Source: Pristiophorus japonicus
Taxonomy: Eukaryota
DNA: 64,000 bases
Assembly (NCBI RefSeq): GCF_044704955.1
Contig: NW_027251843.1
Coordinates: 186,001 to 250,000, forward strand
Reading direction: 5' to 3'
Positions 1 through 14,470 of the stretch are shown piece by piece; within the stretch, counting starts at the first letter, position 1; each line of letters begins with the position of its first letter. A model generated the notes under the pieces. That model ran no database searches. It saw only the letters and a list, made by a program, of their open reading frames with translations, and was not told the origin of the DNA. Made by a program: the position numbers and the translations under genes.

Positions 1-479
1 ATAATGAGTTTAAAGGGGCAGACGAAGCCTGCGGGGGATAAAAGGGGATTCATTCATGGAGACCCCCCCCCCTCCAGTGTTTGGACTCATAGGAAAGGGA
101 ATTCAAAATGGACCTAAATTACAGAAGCTTGAGATCCCCTAAACATCTATGGGAAGGAGCATATCAATTTTAAGATTCTACAACATTTTGGCTGCGAAAA
201 AGAGTTACCAAATACAGGAGGTGGGGCCAACGTCTGAAACAAATTCGTGTATTAAGGATCCCAGGCAATTCACCCCCTAAAAGATAATCGAATTACCCAA
301 TCAAGCACAATGGAAATCATGGTCAGAAAAACTGGACAATCCTAAAACAATGCAAAACCAGTGATAGCACATTCTCACACCCTAATCGAGTTACTGCTGA
401 CAAAGGAGACATTTGAAAATCAATGGACAGAACAGTTTAAACAGAGCCCAAGAGATTTGATGGGAGATAACGGAGCTTT

Positions 480-1355
480 TTTTTGGGATATATCTATCCC
501 CCAGTTTTACAAGGAAAGACTAGCAGAACACAGAAGCTAGCAGAACACAGACTCGAACAAGGAACAGACTGGAACACAGACACAGACACAAGCAGCTGGA
601 GCTGGGGAGTGAAGAAATGGAGTAGTGAAGGAAACTTCAAGAAATCATCAAGGACCGACCAACCAAAACCTACTCAGCAAAAACCGAAGAATCGACATTT
701 ATTTCCACTCTACAATCTACTTCTGAACAGCCAACGGGTGAGAAATTACCTAAAAGGACTAACTAAAACCAAAGAAAGTGGGTACTTACCCCATACATCC
801 GAAACGCAACTTACCGCATTAACGGACGCACCCCAACTGAAGACTACGCAGTCCGAAGTCCTCACCTCCGTCCGGGGTGTGGCTTGCCCAGAAGGCCAAG
901 TGCAGAGAACCCCGAAACCGTGATTCACCGGCAACTGTCTGAAGGGATTGGTGAGCATCGCCCATGAACCCTCAGAGCTATAGCTTAGTTAGTTAGGGGA
1001 ATTGGGAGGGGAGAGGCTGGGATAACTTGTGTAAATATAGCTGCATTCTCCTTTTTACCCCATTTAGAGTTTAAGCTGTATTCTTTTCCCCACAGGCTGT
1101 AATTTGACATTTTATTCAATGTGTTGTACCCCTCAGTGTGTATTGGTCTGTGTGTGTTATTAAAGGGTTGCCTTTTACTTCTTTTTAAACACAATAAAGC
1201 CATACCTGCTTCCTACCTTGAAACCAATTGTCTGTCCAAGTCTGTCACAGTCCCTTCATAATTCCAGTGTCTAGAACCAAGGGTGTGGGAGCGATTCGGA
1301 ACCACTCATATAAGGTCAGAAGGGAAAGCTGACCCCCTGAAAACCACCCCTTACA
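480..1355 (+). mobile_element. Possible LTR remnant (left boundary uncertain)
   Basis: AATAAA near 1192, ends ..CCCCTTACA, LTR-like composition; no partner LTR in the window. Confidence 0.35.
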
Positions 1356-4300
1356 CGGTGAAATATCCAATTACCTCAATGATACAATTAATGAATAAAC
1401 AGAATAACTGAGCACAGCCCAGAGGCGGGTGCCAGTGTTTCCAGTCGAGGAATGTAATATTTCGCCCCAGACTTCCATCCACTGAATTACACCAGGAATG
1501 GCTGGTGATCTGATAATGGCTGCCCATGTCCTAACTCACAGCAGATCCCAATACCCCATTACACCTGTGCTCGCTGACCTACATGTGCTCCCTGTCGAAC
1601 AATGCCTCAATTTTAATATCATCATCCTTGTTTACAAATTTCTTCATGGCCTCTGTCAGGTCCACCAGCTCTGTGACTTTGTGAGCTCTCTGTGTTTCTC
1701 TAAACCTGGCATCTTTCACATCCCCAAATGTTAACTACTCCACCATTGGCAGCCGTGCTTTCGGCTGCCTGTGCCCCAAGCTCTGGGACTCCCTCCCTAA
1801 ACCTCCATACCTCTCGAGCTCTCCTCCTCCTTTAAGATGCTCCTTAAAAATTACCTATTTGACCAAGCTTCTTTCCAAAACCTACTTAAGGGCCTCGGTG
1901 TCAATGTTTCCTGAATTCCCTATTGGATTTATTAATGACTGTCTTAAATCTATTTGGTTAAGTTCTGGTCTCTCCTGCAAGTGGAGAGAGCTTCTCTCCC
2001 TTTACCCTATCAAACCTTTTCATATTCTTAAAGGACTCTAACTATTTATCCCTCAGTCTTCTCTTTGCTAAAGAAGAGAGCCTCGGGTCTGTTCAATCCT
2101 TCCTGATCTCAGTTCTGGCATCATTCCAGTAAATCCACTTTGCACCTTCTGCAGCGTCTCCATGTCCTTTTTATAAGATGGCCACCAGAAATGTTTGCAG
2201 TATTCCAAGTGTGGTCAAAAGGAGGTTCCATCCAAGTTTAACATAACTTCAATGTTTTACAATTCTATCCCTCTCACCATGAACCCAAGTGCTTTCTTTG
2301 TTTTTATGGCCTGATGAACCTTCATCGCTACATTTAGTGATTTGTGTAACTCTACCTTCACATCCCTCTGTTCCCCACTCCCGTTTAGACACTTATCTTC
2401 CAAGGAGAATGTCACATCCGTATTATTCCCATTAAAATGTACCACTTCACAGTTCCCTAATTGAAGTTCATTTGCCAATTACATGCCCATCCTGCAAGTT
2501 TATTATTGTCTCAGTTTGTTGTCACAGTCCTCCTCAGTGTTAACTATAACCCCCCATTGTGGGGGCATACACAAAGTTTGACATTGTGCTCCCGATTCCC
2601 GAGTGCGAATTGGTTATGTAAATGGTCCCAGCACCAATCCTTGGGGAACACCAGTTTCCACCTTTACCAGCTTCACTGCTTTTGAATGATATTGGCTTAG
2701 AAAGAAACCCTAGTTCATTGTTTGGTTTCAATTGCATTGCTGGCCTGCGATGCAGCTTTTAATGGTTTGTTCACCCGTATCCCAAGTTCACTTTGCTCTT
2801 CTGCCACATTCAGTTTCTTATTTTCAATGGTGTAGGTGATCCTGGAATCATAGAATGGTACAGCACAGAAGGAGGCCATTCGGCCCATCTAGCCTGTGTT
2901 GGCTGTTTGCTCGAGTCATCCAATTAATCCCATCCTCGGCTCCTTCCCCTGTATTTTATTTACATCAATTATTTTTGGCAAATACCCTTTTGAAAGTTAC
3001 TATTGAATCTGCTTCCACCGCCCTTTCAGGCAGCGCGTTCCAGATCATAACAACTCGCTCTTTAAAAAAAATGTTTCCTCAAGTCTCTGTTGGTTCTTTT
3101 GCCAATCACATTAAATCTGTGTCCTCTGAGAACCGAACCATCTCTCAGTGGGGACAGTTGCTCCTTTATTACTTTATTCAATTTATTTAGAATCTTGATC
3201 ACTGCTATCAATCTCCTCTTAACCTTCTCTGCTCTAAGGAGAACGACCCCAGCTTCTCCAGTCTCTCCATGTAACTGAGGTCCCTCATCCCTGGAACATT
3301 CGAGAAAATCTATTCTGTACACACTCCAAAGCCTTGCCACGCTCCCTCGAGTGCGGAGCCCAGAACTGAACAGGACCCTAGCTGAAGCCTAACCAGTGTG
3401 TTATAAAATGTTAACATAACTTCCTTGATGTTGTGCTGTATTGCTCTATTAATAAAACCAAGGATCCAGTATGCCCTTTTACTAGCCTTCTCATCTTGTC
3501 CTGCAACCATTAAAGATTAATGTGCATACACGTCTAGGTCTCTCTGTTGCTGCTCTCCCTTTAACATTGTAGCATTTAGTTCATTCTTCCTGCCAAAATA
3601 CCTCACTTCACAATTCTCTGTGTGAACTTTAATCAGAGTTAAGGTGATATTTTAAGCGAAGGTTAACGATTTGGACTGGAATGCCATCGGGGAAGTGTAG
3701 GATCAGGTCAGGGACTTCTCTGAAGCTCTCAGGCCCTCCAGCCTGAATACATTTCGTGAGCTTCAAGACCCAGCCACATTTGCTTGGGATTTAGGGCCTG
3801 TTTAAGGCTCCACTAATATTTGATTCGGTTAATGAAAAACATGTAGCAGTTAACAGAGTAAGAGATAACTTTATATGCAGGAATGAGCGTCAGTTAGAAG
3901 GTGTTAAATGATTGTCCTTTTTACCGATGATCAGCCAGGAATTTGGTGAATAGCGGAGCAGGCGCGAAGGGCCGAACGGCCTAATCCTGCTCCTATTTCA
4001 TAATATCTAATGTTCACCAGTCTATTCCTCCTGAAGTCTATTACACTGGTCCCCATTGTGTGCTACATTTCCTAGTCTTGTATCATCTACAAACGATAAA
4101 ATGATGCCGTGTACACCCAACTCTAGTTCATATATCAAAAAGAGCAGTACTCCTAATGCCGAGCCCTGGGATAGACAGTAGTATAGCTGCCTCCAGTCTG
4201 AGCAATAACCAGTCACCAATACTCTCTGTTCTCTGTCTCTCAGCCAATGTCATGTCCATGCTGTCCTGTCCCATTAATCCCATGGTTTAGAATTTCATCA

Positions 4301-4751
4301 ACAAGTCAATAAGTGGCAGCTTGTCAAACGCCTTTCGAAAGTTCTGATACACATCAACCGTGATATTTCTGGATATATCTAGATTCCTTCCAAAGTGTAT
4401 CACCTTGCATTCATTATATTAAAGTTCACATTACTGCACAGTCTGCATGTTTCCTAACGTCTATTGTGAGATGTCGTTCAGTGAAATAGTTCTTCAATAT
4501 TTGAAGCAAAGCATCAGTTTATTGAGTAAAATACCAATAATAATTAATAAATAAAGGCAGCCATCTACAACTGTGTGAGGTTTTGGAACTTTACCAGAAA
4601 GTCAGAGGGTTTATTGCTGAGTAAACTATTGGCTTGTCACTTTGTACTGCTGCTATTCGGTAAAGCTGGTGAAGATATTATTTATTTCAACTAACACAAC
4701 CGCTGCCCACTTTACATGAGCCTCACTTTGTTCTTTCCATATATAAATATG

Positions 4752-6080
4752 CACCCAATACCCTCAGACCCTCCACACCCCACCCAATACCCTCAGACCC
4801 CCCACACCCCACTCAATACCCTCAGACCCTCCACACCCCACCCAATACCCTCAGACCTTCTCCTCCCCACCCAATACCCTCAGACCCTCCACACCCCACT
4901 CAATATCCTCAGACCCTCCACACCCCACTCAATACCCTCAGACCCTCCACACCCCACCCAATACCCTCAGACCCTTCCCTTCCCACCCAATACCCTCACA
5001 CCCTTCCCTTCCCACTCAATACCCTCAGACCCTCCACACCCCACTCAATACCCTCAGACCCTCCACACCCCACTCAATACCCTCAGACCCTCCACACCCC
5101 ACCCAATACCCTCAGATCCTCCACACCCCACCCAATACCCTCAGACCCTCCACACCCCACCCAATACCCTCAGACCCTTCCCTTCCCACCCAATACCCTC
5201 AGACCCTCCACACCCCACCCAATACCCTCAGACCCTCCACACCCCACTCAATACTCTCAGACCCTTCACACCCCACTCAATACCCTCAGACCCTCCACAC
5301 CCCACTCAATACCCTCAGACCCTCCACACCCCACTCAATATCCTCAGACCCTCCACACCCCACTCAATACCCTCAGACCCTCCACACCCCACTCAATACC
5401 CTCAGACCCTCCACACCCCACTCAATACCCTCAGACCCTCCACACCCCACTCAATACCCTCAGACCTTCTCCACCCCACTCAATACCCTCAGACCTTCTC
5501 CACCCACCCAATACCCTCAGACCTTCTCCACCCCACCCAATACCCTCAGACCCTCCACACCCCACCCAATACCCTCAGACCTTCTCCACCCCACCCAATA
5601 CCCTCAGACCCTCCACACCCCACTCAATACCCTCACACCCTTCCCTTCCCACCCAATACCCTCAGACCCTTCCCTTCCCACTCAATACCCTCAGACCATC
5701 CACACCCCACTCAATACCCTCAGACCTTCTCCACCCCACCCAATACCCTCAGACCCTTCCCTTCCCACCCAATAACCTCAGACCTCCTCACCATACCCAA
5801 TATCCTCAGACCCCCCCACCCAATACCCTCAGACCTTCCCCACCAATACCTTCAGACCCCCTCAGTCCACCCAATATCCTCAGACCTCCCCCACCCCACC
5901 CAATACCCTCAGACCCCTCCCACCCACCCAATACCCTCAGATGCTCCCCACCCCACCCAATATCCTCAGACCCCTCCCACCCACCCAAAACCCTCAGACC
6001 CTCCACCCCACCCAATACCCTCAGACCCACCCCCACCCAATACCCTCAGACGCTCCATCCCACAGAATATCCTCAGGCCT
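4752..6080. repeat. 29-bp C-rich minisatellite
   Basis: CCCAATACCCTCAGACCCTCCACACCCCA unit, about 45 copies, degenerating at the 3' end. Confidence 0.95.
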
Positions 6081-6233
6081 TCCCCACCAATGTTCCCTTT
6101 GTGCTTTTGTACTGAGTGGACCAGAAACTCCTTTTAGCACAAAATTCTCACTGGTAGGCAATGTTTACAATCAAAATATTTACAACAACTTTTACAAGAA
6201 CGACAGCAGCAGCAACCACTTAAACACACATTT

Positions 6234-9200
6234 GGGACTCAAATTTCCGCAAGATTTGCCCCGTTTTTTTTCAAGTAAGTAGCTTTTTTTGGAGTAACTT
6301 AAAAATCACAAATTTCCCCATTTAACTTGCTCCAGTGTAAGTTAGTTATTTATTTTTTTTTCTCGTTTAGTTTGTTTTCTCCTAAAGGGGGCGTGACAAG
6401 CCACTTATGCCTCTTCTGGCCCTCGAAGCAAATTTGGCCAGCTGAAAGTTACTCCAAACTAACTTAGGCCAGTATATGTGGCCACTTTTGTAGGCACAGA
6501 AAACCCTTACCTACATTTAAGAAATCAGCGCAGGTAGCCAGAGATAGTGGGGGTGCGGGGGGGTGGAGGAGGGGTGGGAGGTGAGTTAGAGGATTCTAAA
6601 GCACTAAAAACCTTCACAAAATCAGCACAACATCACAAAATATTCAGCACAACGTCATCAAAAATAAATGAAAGATAAATCAGCTACTGAAAATAGAGCA
6701 GTCCGACCTTGCCGACTGCAGAACGCACCAGCTAGGTGGTGAAGAAGGCAAATGGCATGTTGGCATTCATAGCGAGAGGATTTGAGTATAGGAGCAGGGA
6801 GGTCTTACTACAGTTGTACAGGGCCTTGGTGAGGCCACACCTTTAACATTGTGTATAGTTTTGGTCTCCTAATCTGAGAAAGGACATTCTTGCTATTGAG
6901 GGAGTGCAGCAAAGGTTAACCAGACTGATTCCCAGGATGACAGGACTGACATATGAAGAAAGACTGGATCGACTAGGATTATATTCAATGGAATTTAGAA
7001 GATTGAGAGGGGATCTCATAGAAACATATAAAATTCTGAGGGGATTGGACAGGTTAGATGCAGGAAGAATGTTCCCGATATTGTGGAAGTCCAGAACCAG
7101 GGTCACAGTCTAAGGATAAGGGGTAAGCCATTTAGGACCAAGATGAGGAGAAACTTCTTCACTCAGAGAGTTGTGAGCATGTGGAATTCCCTACCATAGA
7201 AAGCTGTTGAGGCCAGTTCGTTAGTTATATTCAAAAGGGAGTTAGATGTGGCCCTTATGGCTAAAGGGATCAAGGGGCATGGAGAGAAAGCAGGAATGGG
7301 GTACTGAAGTGCATGATCAGCCATGATCATATTGAATGTTGGTGCAGGCTCGAAGAGCCGAATGGCCTACTCCTGCACCTATTTTCTATGTTTCTATGTT
7401 TCTATGTTTCTAGCCCTCCCGCCAGGGCTAGGGGGGGCAGGCAGGCATGATTGTAATGGTGAGGGATTTTTAATTTTTACAGTTGTCCCTCAATATTGCG
7501 TGGTCCTAATGGAGCATGATTCAGTTTTAATGCAAAATATCTTTTATTGGATATTTTACAGTGCACTTCAACGACGACAACAACAACAACAAAGAAAGGC
7601 TGCACCCAATCCTCACCCACATCTCAGGGAAAGTGCACTTCCTCATAGGGTTGGTGATGATGGTGTGGGGGTTGGGAGCCCGGCTTGGGTCTGACCAGTG
7701 GCTGGTGCATGGATTGAAGTGGGCGTGGCATTTGAGTAACCGGCCTTTGTGCATTTTTGCAGAAACTAGCTCCCTCATGGCATCTGCCATCGTCTGCACA
7801 CCCTCTGAAATGCTTGCCCTCACTTCCCGTCTCAGTGCTGATATTTCACCCGACAGTGTCGCTATCTCATCACGGACCCCACTGACGGCCTCCACAAGTG
7901 ATCTTGTGAGGGCATTAGTTTCCTCAACCAATGCAACAACCTGATCAACCTCTGCTGAGGGCTGCATCTCAGGAGAGACTGGTCGGTTTCTCCTTCCCCT
8001 CGCCGTGGGTCTGCCTAGTGGCACCCCTCCAGTGTGGGACACAGGCTGGGACGGTGGGGGACTGGGTGTCCCAAGATGCATTTGACAACCGCCACTGGGA
8101 CCCGCGACCTCGGAAGGTGTGAACCCATGGAATATTGCCGAGGAGCTCATGGAGGTTTCTGGCAGTGTGATGCCCTGTGCTATGTCCTGATCCATATCGT
8201 GGTCAGCATTCTCCCGTGGACACATTTCCATGGATCCCTCCTCCCCCCACCCGCCTTGGTCTGGCGTGCACATTTCTGGATCCTCTGGTGGCTCTTCAGG
8301 ATGTTGAGGAGTGTCTTCTTCTTCTGCAAAATACATCAGAACAGTCAAATGGTTAACAGCACAGGAGGGGGCAGGATGGGTGGCATGAGTAGTCTGATGC
8401 ATAGCAGGCCAGTCAGCAGGTTGTTTTGAAGGGCGACTATACATTTTAATGACTCACCCTCACCCTTGCGTGTGGGTCCAGCTTGTACAGAGCTGATTCT
8501 TTTTCTGCCGGTGCGAGTCAGCAAAGCAGCAACCCTCTGTTCCAGGGGTGACAGTAGGTGCAGATTTGGCAGCTCTCCTCCTGTTCCAAGTCTTTCCCTT
8601 TTGTTGTGGGCCAATTTCTTCTGCAAAGATGAAAATATAAAGTTTCAGACATGGTGCGCTTCTGATGGGTGGGACACATACAGATGATCACATTTTTAAT
8701 TGCAATTCAATTTAAAGATAAAGATATTAGTTACACTCACTACTTGACCAACGTCCTGCCATTTCTTCTTGCACTGGCTTCCAGATCCTGCTGTATTGAC
8801 CCCTGCGGAGTATTCATCTGCAACTAAGTTCCATCTTCTTCTCATTTCCTCGGGTGAAACTTTTGACGGACCACTCTTGCTGATATCCAGCTCCAGCCAT
8901 TTCTCCTCAACAACAGTCACTGGTTTCTCCACTTCCTCATCGAGGAAACTCTTTGTTCGTCTTACACGCTCATGCGCCATTCGTGTATTGGACTCACATT
9001 CAGGTAATGTTCAAAAATCACACTTGTCACCTTTCTTACACCTATCCAGCGCTCCTTTCCACTCCCTCAGCCACACAAAAATCACTATTTAAAGCTTACC
9101 TTTACATATGGTCCATTACCAATGATACTGAGGATGCTCTCCCTTTTATTGGCCGCTTGCCAAGCTTCCTGTTGCACTGCACATGCGCGCACGCTGAAAC

Positions 9201-9546
9201 ACCCATGTGAGCATGCTGAACCACCCATTGCGCATGCGCGCATGCTGAACCGCCCATTGCGCATGCGCGCATGCTCAAACAGACATGTGAGCCCCTGCCG
9301 GAACTCCACAAGTCGCTGGGCCCAAGCCCCGCCCCCCTGCTGGCTGCGCTGAGCAAATGCGGCTGAAACTCCGCCCCCTGCCCCCCCCCCCCCCCCCCGC
9401 AGTCTCTGCAGCACCATGCTGATGGATCCGGACGACGAGGGAGCGGCCAAATTAACAGGTACAGTTTGGGCACTTTTTTTGCCCCAAAAAGTCAGCGTCC
9501 CACCCCTAACTACGCCGCTTTAGTTGGCTGGGGAAATTTGGGCTCA
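6234..9546 (-). mobile_element. Non-autonomous PIF/Harbinger transposon with a spliced Myb/SANT-like gene (exons about 8980-8740, 8620-8458, 8323-7700); CR1 inserted at about 6735-7410
   Basis: F..EE.E..V..V...W...QCKKKWQD trihelix motif, KKLAHNKRERLGTGG second exon, GT/AG junctions, imperfect terminal inverted repeats (..CAAATTTCC / GGAAATTTG..). Confidence 0.8.
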
Positions 9547-9574
9547 TAGAGTTATGCCATATTGGCACGAGTCC

Positions 9575-10470
9575 ATCTCAAAAAATCTGCAAAAGGATAT
9601 AGACAAGCTAAGTGAGTGGGCAAAAATTTGGCAGATGGAGTATAATGTTGGAAAGTGTGAGGTCATGCACTTTGGCAGAAAAAAATCAAAGAGCAAATTA
9701 TTATTTAAATGGAGAAAAATTGCAAAGTGCTGCAGTACAGCAGGAACTGGGGGTACTTGCGCATGAAAAACAAAAAGATAGTATGCAGGTACAGCAAGTG
9801 ATCAGGAAGGCCAATGGAATATTGGCCTTTATTGCAAAGGGGATGGAGTATAAAAGCAGGGAAGGCTTGCTACAATTTTACAGGGTATTGGTGAGGCCAC
9901 AACTGGAATACTGCATGCATTTTTAGTTTCCATATTTACGAAAGGATATACTTGCTTTGGAGGCAGTTCAGAGAAGGTTCACGAGGTTGATTCCGGAGAT
10001 GAGGGGGTTGACTTATGAGGAAAGGTTAAGTAGGTTGGGCCTCTACTCATTGGAATTCAGAAGAATGAGAGGTGATCTTATCGAAATGTAAAAGGTTATG
10101 AGGGGGTTTGACAAGGTGGATGCAGAGAGGATGTTTCCACTAGAACTAGAACTAGGGGAGACTAGAACTAGAAGGCATGATCTTAGAATAGGGGGCCGCC
10201 CATTTAAAACTGAGATGAGGAGGAATTTCTTCTCTGAAGATTTTACATCTGTGGATTCTGCTGCCTCAGAGAGCTGTGGAAGCCGGGTCATTGAATGGAT
10301 TTAAGACAGAAATAGTTTCTTAAACGATAAGGGAATAAGGGGTTATGGGGAGCGGGCAGGGAAGTGGTCCTGAGTCCATGATTGGATCAGCCATGATCGT
10401 ATTGAATAGCGGAGCAGGCTCGAGCGGCCGTATGGCCTACTCCTGCTCCTATTTCTTATGTTCTTATGAT
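9575..10470 (+). mobile_element. CR1 LINE 3' fragment (further CR1 pieces at about 1890-2650, 2850-3620, 4020-4400, 27780-28200, 29250-29700, 30530-31010, 55350-56425, 59055-59390)
   Basis: WQMEYNVGKCEVMHFG, RPQLEYC, CR1 3' UTR and TTCTTATG tail. Confidence 0.88.
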
Positions 10471-11814
10471 CTTAAATCTTGTGACTAGGTTCGATACAGG
10501 TTTAACATAACTTCTCTGCTTTTGAATTCTAATCTGCTAGAAATGAATCTATTGCTTTATTTGCACTGTTGTGGCCTTATTACCCTCCATTGCTACTTTT
10601 AGTGATTTGTGTACCTCTACCCCTAGATCTCTTTGCATCTCTACATCATTTAGACTTATTTTCCAAGGGTTGGCAGGTTCCTTATCCCTTCTACCATTTT
10701 TCACCACCTCTCACTTATCTATACAGAAAATTGTTTGTTATTTACATGCCCATTTTTCAAGCTTGTTTATGGTAGAATTAATTAAGAGCTTTTATTTCTT
10801 GATGGACAAACTCTATTTAAACAAAATAACTTGTCAGAAATGAGTGGGATATAATGGAACTGCATAATAATACATTAACACTTCAGAAACGTCACTGAAT
10901 TACACGGTTGTGCATCGACAAACAATGGAAAAGCCCAAGGTGAGCTGAAAGAGGCATAGCTATTCGAGCAATTTGTATTAATTATAAAGTTGTCAATGTA
11001 TGAGCCCCCTCCATCATGTCACTATAGCAACGGCTGCACATACAGCAGGAGCAGGGCCTTTCCTATGGTGCTGACGTGCTGTACGTCCACATAAGTAATT
11101 AGAATATTCATCACAATGCAAACAGACAACCAACAAATATAAAGCCATAGTTCTTTAGTTCACGGTATTAAAAAGAATTGAACCAAAACAGGACGCGAAT
11201 TTCCAACTGCAATCACTTCCATTATTAAACGTGGTCTTCTTGAACCAGCACACTCCCCAGGTAACATGACAGAAATGCAGCACTTATTCACCAGTGCAGA
11301 AAAACACATACACAGTGTGTCACAGAACTAAAAACAAAAAGCAGGAAAAGCGATCATCGAACAGAAATGTACAGGCATCTTTCTTCCTGGACAGGAGAAC
11401 CAATCAGACTGACTTGGAAATGCTTATAATATGGTGATGTAAAGATGTTCATTTACAAATTTTCCTTCGAATGTTTTTCTCTCAAACATTCGGCACAATA
11501 TTCATCCGTGCTTTTACCACGACGTGTTAAATTATTCAGCAAACTTCCCAATTAAACTTCATTGTACTCTCAATTTTTAATCTATTATTTTAAAGATATA
11601 TACCAAATCAAAATTGTACATGATCAGTTTAATCAAAGTATTTTCTGTGTCTTTCTGAATAAACAAATACTGGTTTCTTCTAAAGTTTCTTCCTGAAATT
11701 TTTACACATCATCACACAATTATTGTTTCTATTAACATTCCACTAAACGTTTAAGAGTAAATCTATATTTATATTTTTAATGGGACTTGTTTGGACTTTG
11801 GAACAAAATAGCAA

Positions 11815-12190
11815 AATACAGCGGATGCTGGAATCTGAAACTAAAGCAGAAAATGCTGGAACTACTCAGCAGGTCAGGCAGCATCTGTGGAGAGAGAAAT
11901 AAAGTTAACGTTTTAGGTCTGTGACCTTTCGTCAGAACTGGAAGAAGTTAGAGATGTGACAGATTTTAACCTGGTGCAGAGGCAGGATTTAACCACTCAT
12001 GCCTTGCACCATAACACAAACCTTCCCTTTCCTTCCTCCCCTCCCAACTTTCTCTGCCTCTGCACCGGTTTTAAATCTGTTCCATCTCGAACATTTCCCA
12101 GTTCTGTTGAAAGGCAACAGACCTGAAACGTGAACTATGTTTCTCTCTACTGCCTGACCTGCTGAGTATTTCCAGCATTTTCTGTTTTTA
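11815..12190. repeat. Long inverted repeat, Penelope-type terminal sequence (shorter copy at about 56905-57030)
   Basis: AAATGCTGGAA..ACTCAGCAGGTCAGGCAG arm and its reverse complement CTGCCTGACCTGCTGAGTATTTCCAGCATTT; arms about 150 bp. Confidence 0.75.
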
Positions 12191-13069
12191 TATTATATAA
12201 ATTTAAATGGTTTGTGTGTTTACCCTTTTTTGGCTCTCTTCCTAAATGGCTTATTGATACTTTATAATCAGTCAATAAAAAGTGAGGTGTAACTCCCACA
12301 AATCCTTCACTGCCCTCCCCTCCTCAACAGCACGGGATGCATGTTTGTATAAACCTGCACGTTCCAAATCTAATACTGAGAAACTTCAATTTTACATGGT
12401 TTAAGCAATTCCGAGACACTTTAAAAGCATTTGAATTTTAAGATCAGGTTGAGATTTGCTTTGATGAGGGGAAAATTGATTTTTGTTTGTTTCTTCCGAA
12501 ATCATCTTCAAAACTTAGGTGGAAAAGTGTTTCCAACACTCGCTTTTTGTGAAAAGTTCATGAAAAATCTTACATTGTTTTCCAGTCTCCATGTAGCTTT
12601 GGGAGAAGAAAATGCTCCATGTTTATCTGCACTGCCTCAATACTGTCGTTACACATGCACCAAAAAATAATCAAGTAAACGGATCCCAATCAGAGCTCAA
12701 ATAAGAAAGTGAATAAAGTGGTGAAACTTGCTCGGAAGGCGGTGAGCTTAACTATCCCCAGCCTGGGCGATGAGTTGGGATCAGTTTTGGAGATGTTGGT
12801 TCCTCTTTTTCTGCTGCCGTTCCCTCCGTCTCTCACAAACTCTGAGATACAAATGTGACCACAAGTCATTTCTCGTCTGTCGTAACATGATTTAAAAAAC
12901 CCTGAGAAACGCTTTCAAACAGGGGACAACAGCCGGCAAAATTTAACTTCAAATGAACCGGCCACATCCAAAATCACTTCCCCGTATTTTTTCAGCTTTA
13001 AATAATTCTCCGAATTAGAACAAAACTTCACCGCAGCCTATAAATTGTTGACTTTCGCCTCCTCCCAGC

Positions 13070-13730
13070 TGCACCTTCACTGTGTTGTTCCGGATGAGCA
13101 GAAATTTTCTCCAATTCAATATTGGGAAGACTGAAGCCATTGTTTTCAGTCCTGCCACAAACTCCGTTGCCTAGCCATGAGTCCACCCCTCTCCCCAACT
13201 TCTGTCTGAGGCTGAACCACACTGTTCACAATCTTGGTGTCATATTTGTCCCTGAAATGAGCTTCCGGCCACACATCCGCAGTATAACTAAAACTGCCTA
13301 TTTCCACCTCCTTAACATTGCTCATCTCTGCCCCTGCCTCAGCTCATCCTCTGCTGAAACCCTCATCCATGCCTTTGTTATCTCTAGACTCGACTATTCC
13401 AATGCACTCCTGGCTGGCCTCCCACATTCTACCCAGTGTAAACTAGAGGTGATTCAAAACTAGGCAGCCCGTGTCCTAATTCGCACCAAGTCCCACTCAC
13501 CCATCACCCCTGTGCCCATTGACCCGTGTCCTAACTCGCACCGAGCCCACTCACCCATCACCCCTTGTGCTCGCTGACTGACATTGGCTCCCGGTTAAGC
13601 GACGTCTTGATTTCACAATTCTCTTCCTTGTTTTCAAATCCCTCCATGGTCTCAGTCCTCCCTATCTCTGTATCTCCTCCAGCGCCACAACCCCCCGAGA
13701 TGCTGCGCTCCTCTAATTCTGCCCTCTTCA
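13070..13730 (+). mobile_element. L2-type LINE 3' fragment (related pieces at about 1500-1860, 19160-19450)
   Basis: NLGVIF..SF.PHI..ITKTAYFHL..ETLIHAFVISRLDYSNALLAGLP. Confidence 0.8.
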
Positions 13731-13734
13731 CGGG

Positions 13735-14470
13735 AGTATTATGGGGTACATATATCTTATATATGCTAGAATAACAAGCTTACATTCAATCCAGGAGATT
13801 GACAATTATAATTATAATTATACTTAGACTTAGCATCATTACAATATAAAATCATAGTTACTTTTGCTGAAGCCACAAGGCTGTTCCAGCGCTTGCGGCA
13901 CTGGTCAGATCCCCTGGCTTCGTGGGATGCAGACAAGACGGCAGCGGCGATCTCGCTCCATATCTGACGGTATGCCCGTGGAGCTGGTTTCCCACCAGCC
14001 CTATCCCGGTCACTTGGGCCCACCGGGAGTGGACCTCCACGACGAGGACCTCGTGGTCACATCCTAAAATGATTTGGACCTCTTCCTCCCCCTCTCCACA
14101 TCTCGAACACTTTCATCACTGTCAGACATATTCTTTACCTCTCTCTCTATCTCTCTCTCTCTATCTCTCTTGATCTCTATCCCCCTTCTGCGCATGTGTG
14201 ATGACCCCTGACCTCCCGAAACGCGGAAAAACATTTCCACCCAAAAAAAAACAGGCAGCGCAGAAGCCTGTTGCTAGGGAAACTTTTGCTTTCACCATCG
14301 CTGCGCGATCGCTGGGTGATGTCACATCCCTGGGCTCTCGCTTCGTCCATTTCACATCCCTGGGCTATCACCGAGCTGAAAGTCGCGATCCAAAAAAGGA
14401 GCGATGGTCCAGCAATCATAAAGGCTGAAACATCGCTAAGGCTGGAACATCACCCATTTTTTGGGCCCTA
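13735..14470 (-). mobile_element. Harbinger fragment, Myb/SANT-like exon
   Basis: IWSEIAAAV...RGSDQCRKRWNSL motif; GGGCCC-type terminus near 14468. Confidence 0.7.

Noticed and set aside
483-923. 146-aa ORF at the window start as a viral accessory gene
   Set aside because: Non-ATG start, no recognisable motif, element truncated by the window edge so it cannot be evaluated
4716-6137. 473-aa ORF as an extensin/mucin-like gene
   Set aside because: Entirely a 29-bp minisatellite (period not a multiple of 3); no splice or promoter support
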